Positions 26,231-38,686 of a DNA stretch of 64,000 nt are shown here, in pieces (within the stretch, counting starts at the first letter, position 1; the number at the start of each line of letters is the position of its first letter). This stretch comes from Eledone cirrhosa (lineage: Eukaryota). Location of the stretch: assembly GCA_964016885.1 (NCBI GenBank), contig OZ024742.1, forward strand, positions 267,716,001 through 267,780,000. Reading direction: 5' to 3'. The position numbers were made by a program, and so were the translations under genes. The notes under the pieces are model-generated. The model worked only from the letters and a program-made list of their open reading frames with translations, was not told where the DNA came from and searched no databases.

Positions 26231-26299
26231 ATTTTATTATGCGCATTTCAAAAACAAACATCATCATGCAATAATATTTGTGTTTTCATCAGATAAAAC
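26231..26299 (-). ncRNA. Type I hammerhead ribozyme (PLE pLTR fragment)
   Basis: Minus: gttttat-CTGATGA-long stem II-GAAA-tgcgca-TA-ataaaat; stem I pairs; palindromic stem III ATGCGCAT. Confidence 0.8.
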
Positions 26300-26570
26300 A
26301 GGAGAACATGATATGAAGGCTAAAACACACTTGTGGATAGTGCAGTTTTAAATCAACATATGAAAAGTGGTTTTAGATTGATGTGTGATATTGGGAAAAA
26401 ATATTTTAAAGGGGGGTGGGGGGTGGAAAGGATGAAAAAGGGGAGGAGATGAGAGGGAGAGATGGGTGATAGAGAGAAAGAGATAGTTTTTATAACTGAG
26501 AGGAGATATATTGCTTTATTGTACTACAATAAAACTCACCTCCTACATTATATATATATATATATATATA

Positions 26571-26702
26571 AATAAGTAAGACCCCGACGGCAGAACTCTG
26601 CCGTCGGGGTCTTACTTGTTCCTATTACCCACTCTACTAGCCTTAGTATTGAGTAATTTGGTGCGTTATGGTCCATCTGGTTCCTTACCACAATTCCTTC
26701 GT
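26571..26702. mobile_element. Short fold-back element in (TA)n: 21-bp perfect arms plus ~80-nt tail
   Basis: aagtaagaccccgacggcaga-ac-tctgccgtcggggtcttactt. Confidence 0.75.
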
Positions 26703-26749
26703 TATATATATAAGTTATAAGAATCAAAGTTCTGATCAAATCATTTATA

Positions 26750-26796
26750 TGCTTACAATTGCTTCTTCCAAACCGAGGTTTGGATTCTTCGGAGCA
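26750..26796 (-). ncRNA. Degenerate hammerhead ribozyme near a PLE 3' end
   Basis: Minus: tgct-CCGAAGA-atccaaac ctcg gtttggaa-GAAG-caattg-TA-agca; all stems present, two core substitutions. Confidence 0.6.
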
Positions 26797-28333
26797 ATCT
26801 ATTAATGGATGATCACATATATGACCTCCTTTTCAACCCAAGAGACATACAGATACATATGCAAACATTGTTGCTTGGTAGGTCGACAACCATTATAATA
26901 TTTAGTGTGGCAGTATACATTTAAAGGTTACATTCATATCAAAAGAGGATAAAATCAAAAATTAAGGTTAAAATACAACATGAAATTAATGCGATAGGAT
27001 AGTCATAAGCAGTTATTGAGTGCAATAGTTACACGTGCGGCACGCACGTGTGTCTTGTTTATATAATGCTATAGTGCGGCAGAGTGTTACATGCAATAGA
27101 AGCACTTAAACGGGCGATCAAGAGTGTTAAGGGGGTTGAACTGGTAATGAATCCTTTATACGAATGTTATAGAAGCCTGTGCGTGGAGAAATATTATAAA
27201 TATTAAATATTGGAAATGTGTAGCAAAGCGATGATATGGATTCCATGTACAGCACCATTTTCACAGTCCGGGGAGCTTAATATCCAGATTATATGCTCCT
27301 CACATAATCTACGACGATTCAATATTGGGCGTTTGACGATTCTGATAGAGTATCGTAGTTTGTTGGTCTTTAGCTCAATATAGCAGGTTGTTAAGATGCG
27401 AGGATCAATATCGAATTAATTTCCGGAAGTGTGTGTGTGACTAAGGGGAGTTAATGCATGAGGGGAGGTAACTCAGTGATTTCTATGACTAAATATTAAA
27501 TGGTGTCTCAAAATAGTCCCTATCTTGTATGGTTATATACAGTTTCTAAAAATGTAAAGTGTCTTAACTATAATGTAGTCTACCAAGAAGTATTAATGGT
27601 GTTCATATTAGGGTGATTATCCTCCATTATGGAGTGCCACGATTGAATATTTCACACGATGAGCCATATTTCCAAATCAATGATCATTGTAATTGTAGTC
27701 TACTCATAGAAACTGGCAGGGTGATTATAGAATCACTTCTATATATAATAATCCCTGGCAAGCTTTGGGTCAGTGCATGTCATATTGGATGTCAAAAGTT
27801 AACTATCACTAGGGTAGACCAGAGGTCAATCGACACTTATCATGTCACTAATCCGAGCTTCAATTCCTGCATATATGTACAACTCATATGCCACTTGCAT
27901 TTCATTCACTGCACCCAGCATACAGGTTATATAGCTCATCAATGATACTAAATTAATTAGTCTTTCATTTATCCAACGATGGCACTTCATCCACAGAGCA
28001 CCAACAATACAATCAATTTAATGTTTAAATTTTACATTAATTAAATAGTGGTGCAATGCAGTTCACGCAACTGAGTGCAGTCACACCGAAAGTAGATGTA
28101 CAAAGGAGTATTCCTACTGTGAAGGGTTCTAGAGGGATGTCACTATTAGTGTTATATTGGATCAATGAATGTGGGGAGATGGTATAGGGTGTGCCCTTAG
28201 TGTTTGATGCTAGAGTTGGTGCCTGGTTCAAATCTGACAATGCTATATATAGGGTTTAAAGTTTTGGAAGGAATGTCTGAAGCGGTGCTCGCAAGTCGCC
28301 AACACTTCAGATTTTTTGTTAAGTAGGTTATGG

Positions 28334-28963
28334 TTAGATAATATAATAATGGTTAGAGAAGATAATAGTGTGGGTCTCTAGTAGACAGAGGTTACAAAAT
28401 GTATTAGGTGGTTTGTACGAAGTCGCGCTACCTATCACTTCCCATTTAAGTGTGTAAGATTTATCTTTAGTTTTTAGATAGTGTATGTAGCTAGATAGTG
28501 AGGTGGAGTTGGCTAGACTGTGTTTTTTGAACGAGTGGATGTGCGAATTATACCTGGTTTTGAAGCAGTTAGACGTGGAGCCTACATAGGTTTCTGAAGA
28601 GTTGCTAGTTGTGACGGTGCATGAGTATATGATATCCTTGATTAAGCATTTCTTATCTAAAGGGCAGGTTCTATTTGCTCTACAGTTACAATTATTCTGG
28701 GTGCTAGTCTGTTGGTTAAAATGTTGTGTAGAAGTCCGGGTGGTAGCTATAGGATTTTGGATATGGGGGTTGTCGTCCCCGGTGTTATTGCTTATACTAG
28801 TGCTATTACTACTATTACTGCCGTTACTAGGGTTACTTGCTACAGAGTTATTTTGAAGGTTTACCCCCTGATGCGATTTAGTTTGTTGGAAGCAAGAATT
28901 AATTTTTCTTTTATTGCTACTAGCTATGTGGTAATAAGGTAATAATATATTACTACCTATCAC
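28334..28963 (-). pseudogene. PLE C-terminal GIY-YIG endonuclease (5'-truncated; element probably extends to the (TA)n at ~26712)
   Basis: CNCRANRTCPLDKKCLIKDIIY...YVGST...FKTRYNSH...CNLCLLE in ORF 28334..28963. Confidence 0.88.
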
Positions 28964-29036
28964 TATTTAGGGTTTGTAAAAATATATATAACTACAAAAG
29001 GTTTTTGTATTTGCATATAAATAGTATCCTTAATAC

Positions 29037-29068
<32 letters not shown>

Positions 29069-29079
29069 GGGGGGGGGGG

Positions 29080-29348
29080 GCGTGTGTATATATATCACAT
29101 TTTTTGTATGTGCAGGAATGTATATACATACGTATATGTGTGTATATATAGATATGTATGTATGCATGTATGCATATGTACACAAGTTGGTGTTTCTGTG
29201 TATGTGTGTGAGTGTGTGGTTGTGTGGGCCTGTGTGTCTGTGTGTGTGATTGTAAAGACCTGAACATTTTGTAGACTTTAACACACCATCTTAATACACC
29301 CACTTAAAGAACTTCCTTTTGTCTGCTTAGCATAATTGAACCTTGAAA

Positions 29349-29401
<53 letters not shown>

Positions 29402-29415
29402 GTGTGTGTGTGTGT

Positions 29416-29460
<45 letters not shown>

Positions 29461-29640
29461 TGTGTGTGTGTCTGTGTGTGTGTGTGTGTGTGATTGTAGA
29501 CGCCTGTCAATTTTTGCAAAGCTCACCTTCCTTTAGTGGCACTGAGTGGCATATTACTATTGCCACCCAATGAAAACTCTTTGTTTCCTTAGGATAAATG
29601 AACCTTGAAAATTAGGTGTGCCTGTCAGTGTGTATGTGTT
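29080..29640 (-). repeat. Right arm X' of the old inverted repeat
   Basis: Reverse complement of 23057-23460 with an expanded (TG)n. Confidence 0.85.
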
Positions 29641-29649
29641 TATCCCTAG

Positions 29650-29959
29650 GTACTTTTTAAAGAAACCCCATGCCATTCCCTTGCTTGCGTGCCTCCCCAT
29701 ACATATACACCCACACGCACATGTGCTCACATCTACATACAGACATTCCGAGCCATTAATCGTACACTTATCTATGTTGACCTACACCCCCCCCCCCACA
29801 CACATAGTTCTTGCGTGTTTGCGTTCACACATGTACATACATATATATATTCACCTTTCATATATAGGTATATTCATACGCAGACATACTCACACGTACA
29901 CATAAAGGACCCAGGTATATATCTATTCATACACAGTCACACATCCACACACACACACA

Positions 29960-29996
<37 letters not shown>

Positions 29997-30005
29997 ACAT
30001 ATATA
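29650..30005 (+). repeat. Left arm Y of a second old inverted repeat (continues at 35890-36000; partner 36410-36880)
   Basis: ccatgcca.tcccttgcttgc.tgcctccccatacatatacaccc...ccattaatcgtacacttatct is the reverse complement of 36700-36850. Confidence 0.85.
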
Positions 30006-30006
30006 T

Positions 30007-30449
30007 ATGTAATCTGAGTTTTTCGAATATTAATAACAACATTCGATTCGTTTGCAATTATGCAAATAAGCCTCATTTTTAAAGCCATGTCAGTAGAATG
30101 AACCCTTCATTCTTGCTCTTGTGATGCCATGTAAACTGTTTACATGGCAACGGAAGAGCAAGAATGAAGGGTTCGTTCTACTGACATGGCTTTAAAAATG
30201 ATGCATATTTGCATAATTACAAACGAATCGAATGTTGGTGAATTGGCAGTATCGGTAGAGGGTCGGGCGCCATGCTTTGCAGCACAGTTACGTCCCTTTA
30301 CGGACTGAGTTCAAATCCCGCTGAGGTTAACTTTGCCTTTCCTCCTTACGGGCTCGATAAAATAAAGTACCAGTAATACACTGGGATAATTGCTGGCCTT
30401 GTGCCAAAAGTAGAAACAATTATTAATATTCGAAAAACTCAGATTACAT
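30007..30449. mobile_element. Fold-back element in (TA)n, ~130-bp arms, 1-nt loop; right arm split by a SINE, tail (35789-35832) displaced by a Gypsy
   Basis: 30007-30136 is the reverse complement of 30138-30237 plus 30420-30449. Confidence 0.85.
30237..30424 (+). mobile_element. tRNA-derived SINE, near full length (Nin-like central domain)
   Basis: A-box-like TGGCAGTATCGG, B box GAGTTCAAATCC, GCCTTTC..TCGATAAAATAAAGTACCAG core, tail CCTTGTGCCAAAAGTAGAAACAATTA; seven copies in the window. Confidence 0.85.
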
Positions 30450-30450
30450 T

Positions 30451-30937
30451 TGTACAGCCACCGGATATACAATCTGTTAAATAAATAACTCCATCTATTT
30501 GCTGAGCTAGCTACCTCACCGTGAAACAAACAACCCTTAAAGCCACCAAAATATAACGCCTACGCTGCGGCTAAACATCATACGATTATTTTTGTATAAA
30601 TAGAGTGATTCCAAACACTTTCGCCTGTCGACTTTGGCATTGTCAGCTCGCCTATCGTTGTTACTCTCCTCTGCCACACTTGTCACTCACACAACAACTT
30701 GTACCTCTGTATCGTCGCTTCAGGTATGAAAATAAATAGCTGGCCGAAACTACATCTCTCGCCTTGATCGTCCTTCAACTTGTGCTTTCGTCTGTTCATC
30801 CTTACCGTATGTAACAACAATCCTTTTTAAGGGCTATCCTCAGATCCGATCAGACCGTATGCGATAATAGTCCTATTAAGGGCTATTCTCGGATCCGTTC
30901 AGAAGCAGTGAGCAGACCCACTAACCACGTCGCTACA
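30451..30937 (+). repeat. 5' LTR
   Basis: tgtacagccaccgg...ccacgtcgctaca, repeated at 35302; internal ~53-bp duplication. Confidence 0.95.
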
Positions 30938-30939
30938 AT

Positions 30940-30971
30940 TGGTGACCCCGCCGTGATTCGAACACGCAACC
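30940..30971 (+). promoter_or_regulatory. Primer binding site complementary to the tRNA-Trp 3' end (32 nt)
   Basis: TGGTGACCCCGCCGTGATTCGAACACGCAACC. Confidence 0.85.
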
Positions 30972-31189
30972 AGACACAAGCCTATCACGTTACCAACATG
31001 GACATGTCACAGCCAACGACAGAGGCCGAGATTTAAGAGCTGCGGGCTATGATGAGAGAGCGGGCTGGTCAAATTAAAGCCCTCTCAAATCACGTAGAGA
31101 ACCTGACCTTTCAAACACATCGCCGACGCAGCAACAGTTGATCCAGGCCTTTTCACAGTCGAAGATCCAGAAGTCCCAGTCAAAATCGT

Positions 31190-34100
31190 GTGTCTGGCAA
31201 CCTCTGCTGGCATCACGCAGAATTCAGCGCACAGGCCTCTAAGTGCAAGGCCCCGTGCTCTTTCCAGAATACCACCCAGAGCCTAACGACGACGTTCACC
31301 CCTGGTACTGAGAAGAAAAGTCGTCTGTTTTTATCAACGACCAAGCGACAGGCATCCGTTACTTCGTTGATACAGGAGCCCAGGTTAGTGTTATTCCTGT
31401 TTCACTAGTCTCGGACAAAAGACATCCACTAGTCTCGGACAAAATACATCCAACACCGTCCTTTCTGCAGGCAGTGAACCGATCGTCAATTCTTTCGTCA
31501 AGACTTTCCGAGAGAAATCACCTACCGTCAATTTATGCCTGAGGCGTCGTTTCCAATGGGTGTTCGTCGTGGCAGACCTGCTGACCCCTATCTTAGGAGC
31601 CGATTTTCTCCACCACTTCGATCTTCTGGTGGACATGAAGAACCGGAGGCTTATTGACACCACCACAAAACTCACTGTGAGAGGTATATTTACGCATAGT
31701 GAGCCCTGTAATTTGCCAGTCAGAGCCTTCGCGTTACAACTGCATTCCCAGAAACACCCAGGCATCACTCGCCCGATATTTAAGGATGGACCTATCAAAC
31801 ATAGTGTAACCCATCACATCGAGACAAGAGGACCACCCACAGCTGCTCGACCAAGGAGACTGCTTCCAGACCGATTGAGAATCGCCAAACAGGAGTTTCA
31901 ACACATGCTGGACCTTGGAATCATTCGCCCTTTCTAGAGCAACTGGTATCCACCCCTACACCTTGTTCCTAAGAAACCAGAGAATGATTGGCGACCATGT
32001 GGGGATTATCGTGCACTCAACAATACCACAGTACCCGATAATTACCCTGTACCTCACTTGCACGACATTTCTGCCTCTCTGCAAGGCGCACGCATCTTTT
32101 CCAAGTTAGATTTGGTACGAGCATATAACCAGATACCTATGGAGGCTGCAGATATGCCGAAGACCGCAATCACAACACCGTTCGGTTTATTTGAATTCCT
32201 GCGAATGCCGTCTGGTCTGCGCAACGCTGCACAAACTTGTCAGCGGTTTATTGACACTGTGTTACGTGATTTACCCTTTTATACGCGTATATCGACGACG
32301 TGCTAGTAGCAAGTACTTCCGAGCAAGAACACGAGAAGCACTTATATCTTCTTTTCCAACGTTTGGCCGAGTACGGTATTATCATCAACCCTAGGAAGTG
32401 CCTTCTCGGCGTTCCTTCACTGTCCTTTCTCGGTCACATCACTGATAAAGACGGCATTCGTCCACTTCCTGAGAAAGTAGAAGCTATCCGCAATTTTCCC
32501 GCACCTACATCACTTCAGAAACTGCGTGAATTCCTCGGTTTGGTGAATTTGTATAGGCGTTTCATCCCTCATTGTGCTGACGCAGCCAAACATTTCACGG
32601 ACCTTCTTCGCAACCGGACTCGGAAAAAGGAAGACATCACTCTGACCGAGGAAGAATTCACATCTTTCAACCGCTTGAAGGAAATGTTGGCAAACGTTTC
32701 CATGCCCGTTTTCCCCAGATCTGGCACTCCTCTTTCGCTGCTAGTGGACGCATCAGACACGGGGGCTGGAGGCGTTTTACAACAACATGTCGACAGCGTT
32801 TGGCAACCCTTATCCTGCTTTTCTAAGTGGTTGCAACCTGCAGAAACCAAATACAATACGTTTGGCCGCAAACTCTTGGCAACCAACCTTTCAGTTAAAC
32901 ATTTTCGTCACATGCACGAAGGATCGGATTTCGTGATCTAGACGGACCATAAATCACTAATTTATGCGTTCCGTACCAAACCTGATCGACATTCACCGAG
33001 AGAATTCCGCCACCTGGATTTTGTCTCCCAATGTTCAACTGATATTCGGCATATCAAGGGATCAGACAACGTAGCAGCCTACACCCTGTTCCGAATCCAG
33101 CTGAACGCAATACATGTGCATCCAGGCATCGACCTTCAACAGATCGCAGCTGACCAAGAGACTGACGAATTGTTTATCAAGCTACGAGATTCGCCATCCA
33201 TCAAGTTTCAGCAAGTTCCCATCTCCAGGACAAATTTGGTGCGACCTTTCTACCGGTCATGAACGACCTTACGTACCACAGATGCATCGTCGACAAGTTT
33301 TTTCTGCTTTAAACTGCTTGTCTCACCCGGGAATGCGGGATACACAGAAACTCATCTTTGCTCGTTGTGTGTGGTCTAACATTAACAAGGACGTGCCCGA
33401 CTGGTCCAGGAGCTGCATTGCCTGCCAGAAAGCCAAAGTCCACAGACACATCAAAACTCCACTCGGCACATTCGCGCAACCTGATGCACGTTTTCATCAT
33501 GTGCATATCGATATCGTTGGACCTCTACCACCATCACAGAACTGCACACACTTGCTCACCTGCATAGATCGTTTTTCCCGTTGGCCTGAGGCTTTTGCCA
33601 TAAGTGATACCTCAGTGGAAAGAGTCGCTAAAACTTTGGTTTTACACTGGGTATCCCGTCGTTATGGCGCCCCAGCGAAGATAACAACGGACAGAGGACG
33701 CCAATTTGACTCCCACCTCTTCAGGGAACTGACTCGCCTGTTAGGATGTAAACACATCCGCACGACAGCTTATCACCCGCAAGCTAATGGTCTCGTGGAA
33801 AGATTCCATCGCCAATTGAAAGCTGCAATAAAAGCATATCCAGAGAAGACCCACTGGTTTGAATACCTGCCACTCATCCTTCTGGGCATTCGATCCACCG
33901 TTAAGAAGGAATTCGGACACACACCTACAGAATTAATGTACGGCACCACCCTGGTTCTACCTGGTCAGATGGTTGCTCCCATCTCTCCTCAGGACTTTCT
34001 AGACACAGGATCATATGTACACTCTCGTCGACAATATATGTCTCACCTTGCTCCTGCAAGCACCCGTCAACAGAACACGGCCACACATGTACCTTCAGAC

Positions 34101-34265
34101 ATTAAACATTAGACGCACGTTTTCGTTCGAAACGACACCATCTCAGCTCATCTTCGACCTCCATATTCTGGCCCTTACCGAGTTCTAAAAGAATATCCGA
34201 AATATTTTATTCTCGATCTAGATGGTAAACAGAATTCTGTCAGCGTGGACAGATTAAAAAAAAGC
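31190..34265 (+). pseudogene. Gypsy gag knuckle and pol (PR, RT, RH, IN), frameshifted
   Basis: [57 protein letters not shown] and NGLVERFHR. Confidence 0.93.
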
Positions 34266-35301
34266 CATCATGGATACTGTTACAGTCTCTACACAAGAAA
34301 CACCAATATATTGCTGTCCCAGCAAGCCACCTGTTTCATCTCCAGTCACGAGAAGTGGACGACGTGTCCATTGGCCCGCCATGTTGGCACAATATGTGAA
34401 TTACCGTCACCTCATGTGAGTTTCTCAATCATTCTTCTTGCAAAACATTTCCATTTTCCTTGTGTTTACTATTTCCAGTTTCAAATACAATGAACTTTCT
34501 GCTTGAACAATTGCAATTTTTAGTGACCATGTGCTCATGTCACTAAGAAAATTATTTATTATGAACATTATCTATTACAAACACTATTTAAGAACAAACA
34601 TTGTGTATAGCATTGTGTATAGCATTTCTTTTTTCTTCTCTCTCTTGTTTTGCAAACATTTCTATTTTTCTTGTTCTGCAATATTAATTGTGTAATTGCC
34701 ACAATTTTTATATAGATAAAAGGCGTGTACATATTCTATTTTTCATGCACACTACACAACCACGCTTGTTTCATATTTGGTTCATACACTGAGCAATAGA
34801 TATTTTGTCCTTCTAACTCTTAACTACAAAATGTTTTCTCCTTGATCACGCATTTCACAAATCGCATCAAGTAATTCACTCAATAGCTCGAGAAACCGCG
34901 CTATTTTTTAACACATGCATTCGCTCAAGTCATATGCTTTGGAGCAAACTGTTACTTTTAAGCAATATGCTTACGGCCATTCATTTCACACGTTACGGTT
35001 ATTTTCACTGCCCTGTTAGACTTTTAGTCACGCAATTCACAGGCAGCTCAACCAAAATGCAACAGGCTCATTTATCACGCCTGCATAAGTCAGGTCAAAG
35101 TCATTTTATAGTTGTTTTTTTCTTCCTGACACACACATCTTGCCATATCATCTCTACATCGACTGTCCTATACTCGATGATCACCAAATTTTCCAACGTG
35201 CTGGACACTCCTTGGGCTATTGTCATGACAAATGCACCACTGGCTCATTACTATACGATATTTCGCTCATTTGTTGTACAAAAGATCTGGCAGGGGTCTA
35301 A

Positions 35302-35788
35302 TGTACAGCCACCGGAAATAACATCTGTGAAATAAACAACTCCATCTATCTGCTGAGCTAGCTACCTCACCGTGAAACAAACAATCCTTAAAGATACCCA
35401 AATAAAACGCCTACGCAGCGGCTAAACATCTAACGATTATTTGTGTATATATAGAGTGATTCCAAACACTTTCGCCAGTCGACCTTTGGCAGAGTGAACT
35501 TGCGTATCGTTGTGCCTCTCTTCTGCCGTGCTTGTCACTCACACACGCCTTGTACCTCTGTATCGTCGCTTCATGTATGAAAATAAATAGCTGACCGAAA
35601 CTACATCTGTCGCCTTGCTCGTCCTTCAACTTGTGTTTTCGTCTGTTCATACTTACCGTATGTGACAACAGTCCTTTTAAGGGCTATCCCTCAGATCCGA
35701 TCTGACCGTATGCGATAACAGTCATTTTAAGGGCTATTCTCGGATCCGCTCAGAAGTAGTGACCAGGCCCATTAACCACGTCGCTACA
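35302..35788 (+). repeat. 3' LTR
   Basis: Diverged direct repeat of 30451-30937. Confidence 0.95.
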
Positions 35789-35987
35789 CATTTATTGTAT
35801 ACAGCCATGTAGAGCGAAAACATGTTTATCTCTATATATATATATATATACAGAGAGAGAGACTCTATAAAAATATATAGAGAGAGAGAGACACACATAT
35901 ATTTTTATACACATGTGTACATACATACACACCCGCGCTTACATATGCATTCATTCAAACCTACTCTTACACACACACATATATAAG

Positions 35988-36044
<57 letters not shown>

Positions 36045-36409
36045 ATACATATATATATATATATGCGTACATGCACACGCCCACACACACATATACATAT
36101 ACACACATACACCCATATATGTAATCACACCCACACAGACATACGCACACATACGTACGCACTTATATGAAAATAAACTGTATAAAAATATTCAGAAAGT
36201 GCATACAACCATGCATATGATGCTGTACATCATTTAATGCACAACGAAATATTACGTGGGGAAATACGTGAAAAGTACAAAAAAGTACATATGGGGAATA
36301 CGTCAGTGAATGCATGCATCATCTCACACAGCGGTATATACGTATATGCAAACACACTTCGATGCACATCTTGACTGAGTTGGCATTATATATGCATATA
36401 TGTGCGTAT

Positions 36410-36507
36410 ATATGTGTGTGTCTGTGTGTGTAAGAGTAGCCTTGGATGAATGCATATGTAAGCGCGTGTGTGTATGTATGTACACATGTGTATAAAAATA
36501 TATGTGC

Positions 36508-36550
<43 letters not shown>

Positions 36551-36880
36551 ATTGTGCATGTATAGATATATGTATATACGTGGGTCGCTTATGTGTACGT
36601 GTGGGCATGTGTCTGCGTATGAATGTACCTATATATGAAAGGTGAATATATATATGTATGTACATGTGTGAACGCAAACACGCAAGCTCTATGTGTGTGA
36701 GTGTGTAGGTCCACAGAGATAAGTGTACGATTAATGGCCTCAGAATACCTGTATATAGGTGTGAGCACATGTGTGTATGGGTGTATATGTATGGGGAGGC
36801 AGGCAAGCAAGGGATTGGCATGGGGAGGCAGGCAAGCAAGGGATTGGCATGGGAATTCATAAAAACACTCCTACACACAG
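36410..36880 (-). repeat. Right arm Y' of the second old inverted repeat
   Basis: Reverse complement of 29650-30005 plus 35890-36000. Confidence 0.82.
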
Positions 36881-37223
36881 CAAACATTTTGGTGATGGGA
36901 TTGGGGTGAGTGACAGCTTACGTCTGAATGGAGATGGCCAGTGGGCAGATTCCAATGGTCAAGCACTATGATGACGTCACGAACTATCAACCAATCTAAG
37001 TGCCACGCAAACAGGATGATGGCAGATGATAAAGATTCAAAGGGTCGGAGTCCTGCAGAAAGAGAATTTGCTTCGAAATCACTAAACGTATCTGAAGAAC
37101 TTGCGACTCCAGAGTCAGGTTCGATCCACAAACAGATTGCACCTCGAGCTGTTCGCCGGAGAAACAATTGTAATACGTAATAAATTGTGTTCCGATGCAT
37201 CACTGATTCTTCGTTTTCCATAT

Positions 37224-37326
<103 letters not shown>

Positions 37327-37454
37327 TTATATATATATATCCGTGTGATATTGACGGAGATGAGAATGAGTACTCACTATCGAAATAATGTTTCAATAAA
37401 CTTTCTCATGGCTACACAGATGAAAATCCATCGTATGCAGTATCATCACTTAGT

Positions 37455-37529
<75 letters not shown>

Positions 37530-38680
37530 TATGAATGAGAGTCCTGGGTACAATCGGAGTTAACCAGAGTTAGTAAGGTACACGTTTTTCAGGAAATTGT
37601 AAATGCTACTTGGATGACTGCCTTATTCTATTCTAACACTTGACTAACTAAATGAATTCAAACATTTAATTAACAGCATTAATAATCATATCCAATTCAC
37701 AATGGAATGCAGTCAAGACCAACTCCCATTTATGGACATCTTAATCATCAAAATAAGACACAAATATTGAAACTGACATCCACTACAAACTAACAGATTC
37801 CAAACAATACCTGATATTTAGCTCCAGGCATCAAAAACACACGAAGATGAACATATCTTTTAATCTAGCAGAAAGAATTTGCTCAATTTTCTACAATTAT
37901 GAAACGTGGAAAAAAAAGACTTCAATAATTAAAGGAAATTCTGCTCGAAAGACCGTACCCACCGTTATTAATAGATAATAGAATAGAAAGGGCTAAAGCA
38001 ATAGACATTGAAGAATTATGAAAACCGAAACAAACTCGAGGTACGTACAATATTCTATAATATATCTCCACTCATAACCCAAGAAATACGGAAACATACA
38101 ACATTATTCATAAGAATAGCCCACTATTGAAACACGACCCAAGAATAAAAAAAGCACTTCAAACGAACAAAATCATTAAAAGTGAAAGACAATCTAAATC
38201 ACTAAAAACATTACTTACCAATGTCAAAATACCCAACACAAACCTAAAACCATCTGTCAAAAAATCATTTCACTTGTTCATCAAAAAAATTTGTTTATGC
38301 CATTAGATGTAAAGGATGTAATGAAGATTATATTGGGCAAACTAAACTCATCCTCAGAAACGTAATGACAATTCATCGTCAACAATTACGAGAGCCTACC
38401 ACAAGACAGTTAAAAAATAAAACCGACCATCAATTCACTGCCAAATAATTATTTGAATCGGATTAGAAAGAGATAAAAAAACAGATAGAGAATATTTATA
38501 TGCCGTTGTGCTGCCAAATGATGCCGAAAGACATTAACCCCCTATCTTCTGTCAAAGAAAGCCATTGGAGCTTCACTCACAGAAGCTGATACTCCTCACC
38601 TAACATAAATATACTTGTTTCTGCGTCATTATCCTTCATTAGGCCTCAATACCTCTGCCAATCTGTTGAACGGTTGAAAA
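37530..38680 (+). mobile_element. Penelope-like element fragment (RT C-half and GIY-YIG), decayed
   Basis: YLDDC, IQFTME, LPFMDI, HYKLTDSKQYL and CKGCNEDYIGQT. Confidence 0.82.
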
Positions 38681-38686
38681 TATATA

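Larger units (their letters stand above)
30451..35788 (+). mobile_element. Gypsy LTR retrotransposon (CsRn1-like), both LTRs, gag largely deleted, pol decayed
   Basis: TG..CA LTRs 30451-30937 and 35302-35788; CATT target site duplication; tRNA-Trp PBS; purine-rich PPT-like tract near 35290. Confidence 0.95.

Noticed and set aside
30237-30320. tRNA gene
   Set aside because: A and B boxes belong to the SINE head; spacing is long and no cloverleaf forms
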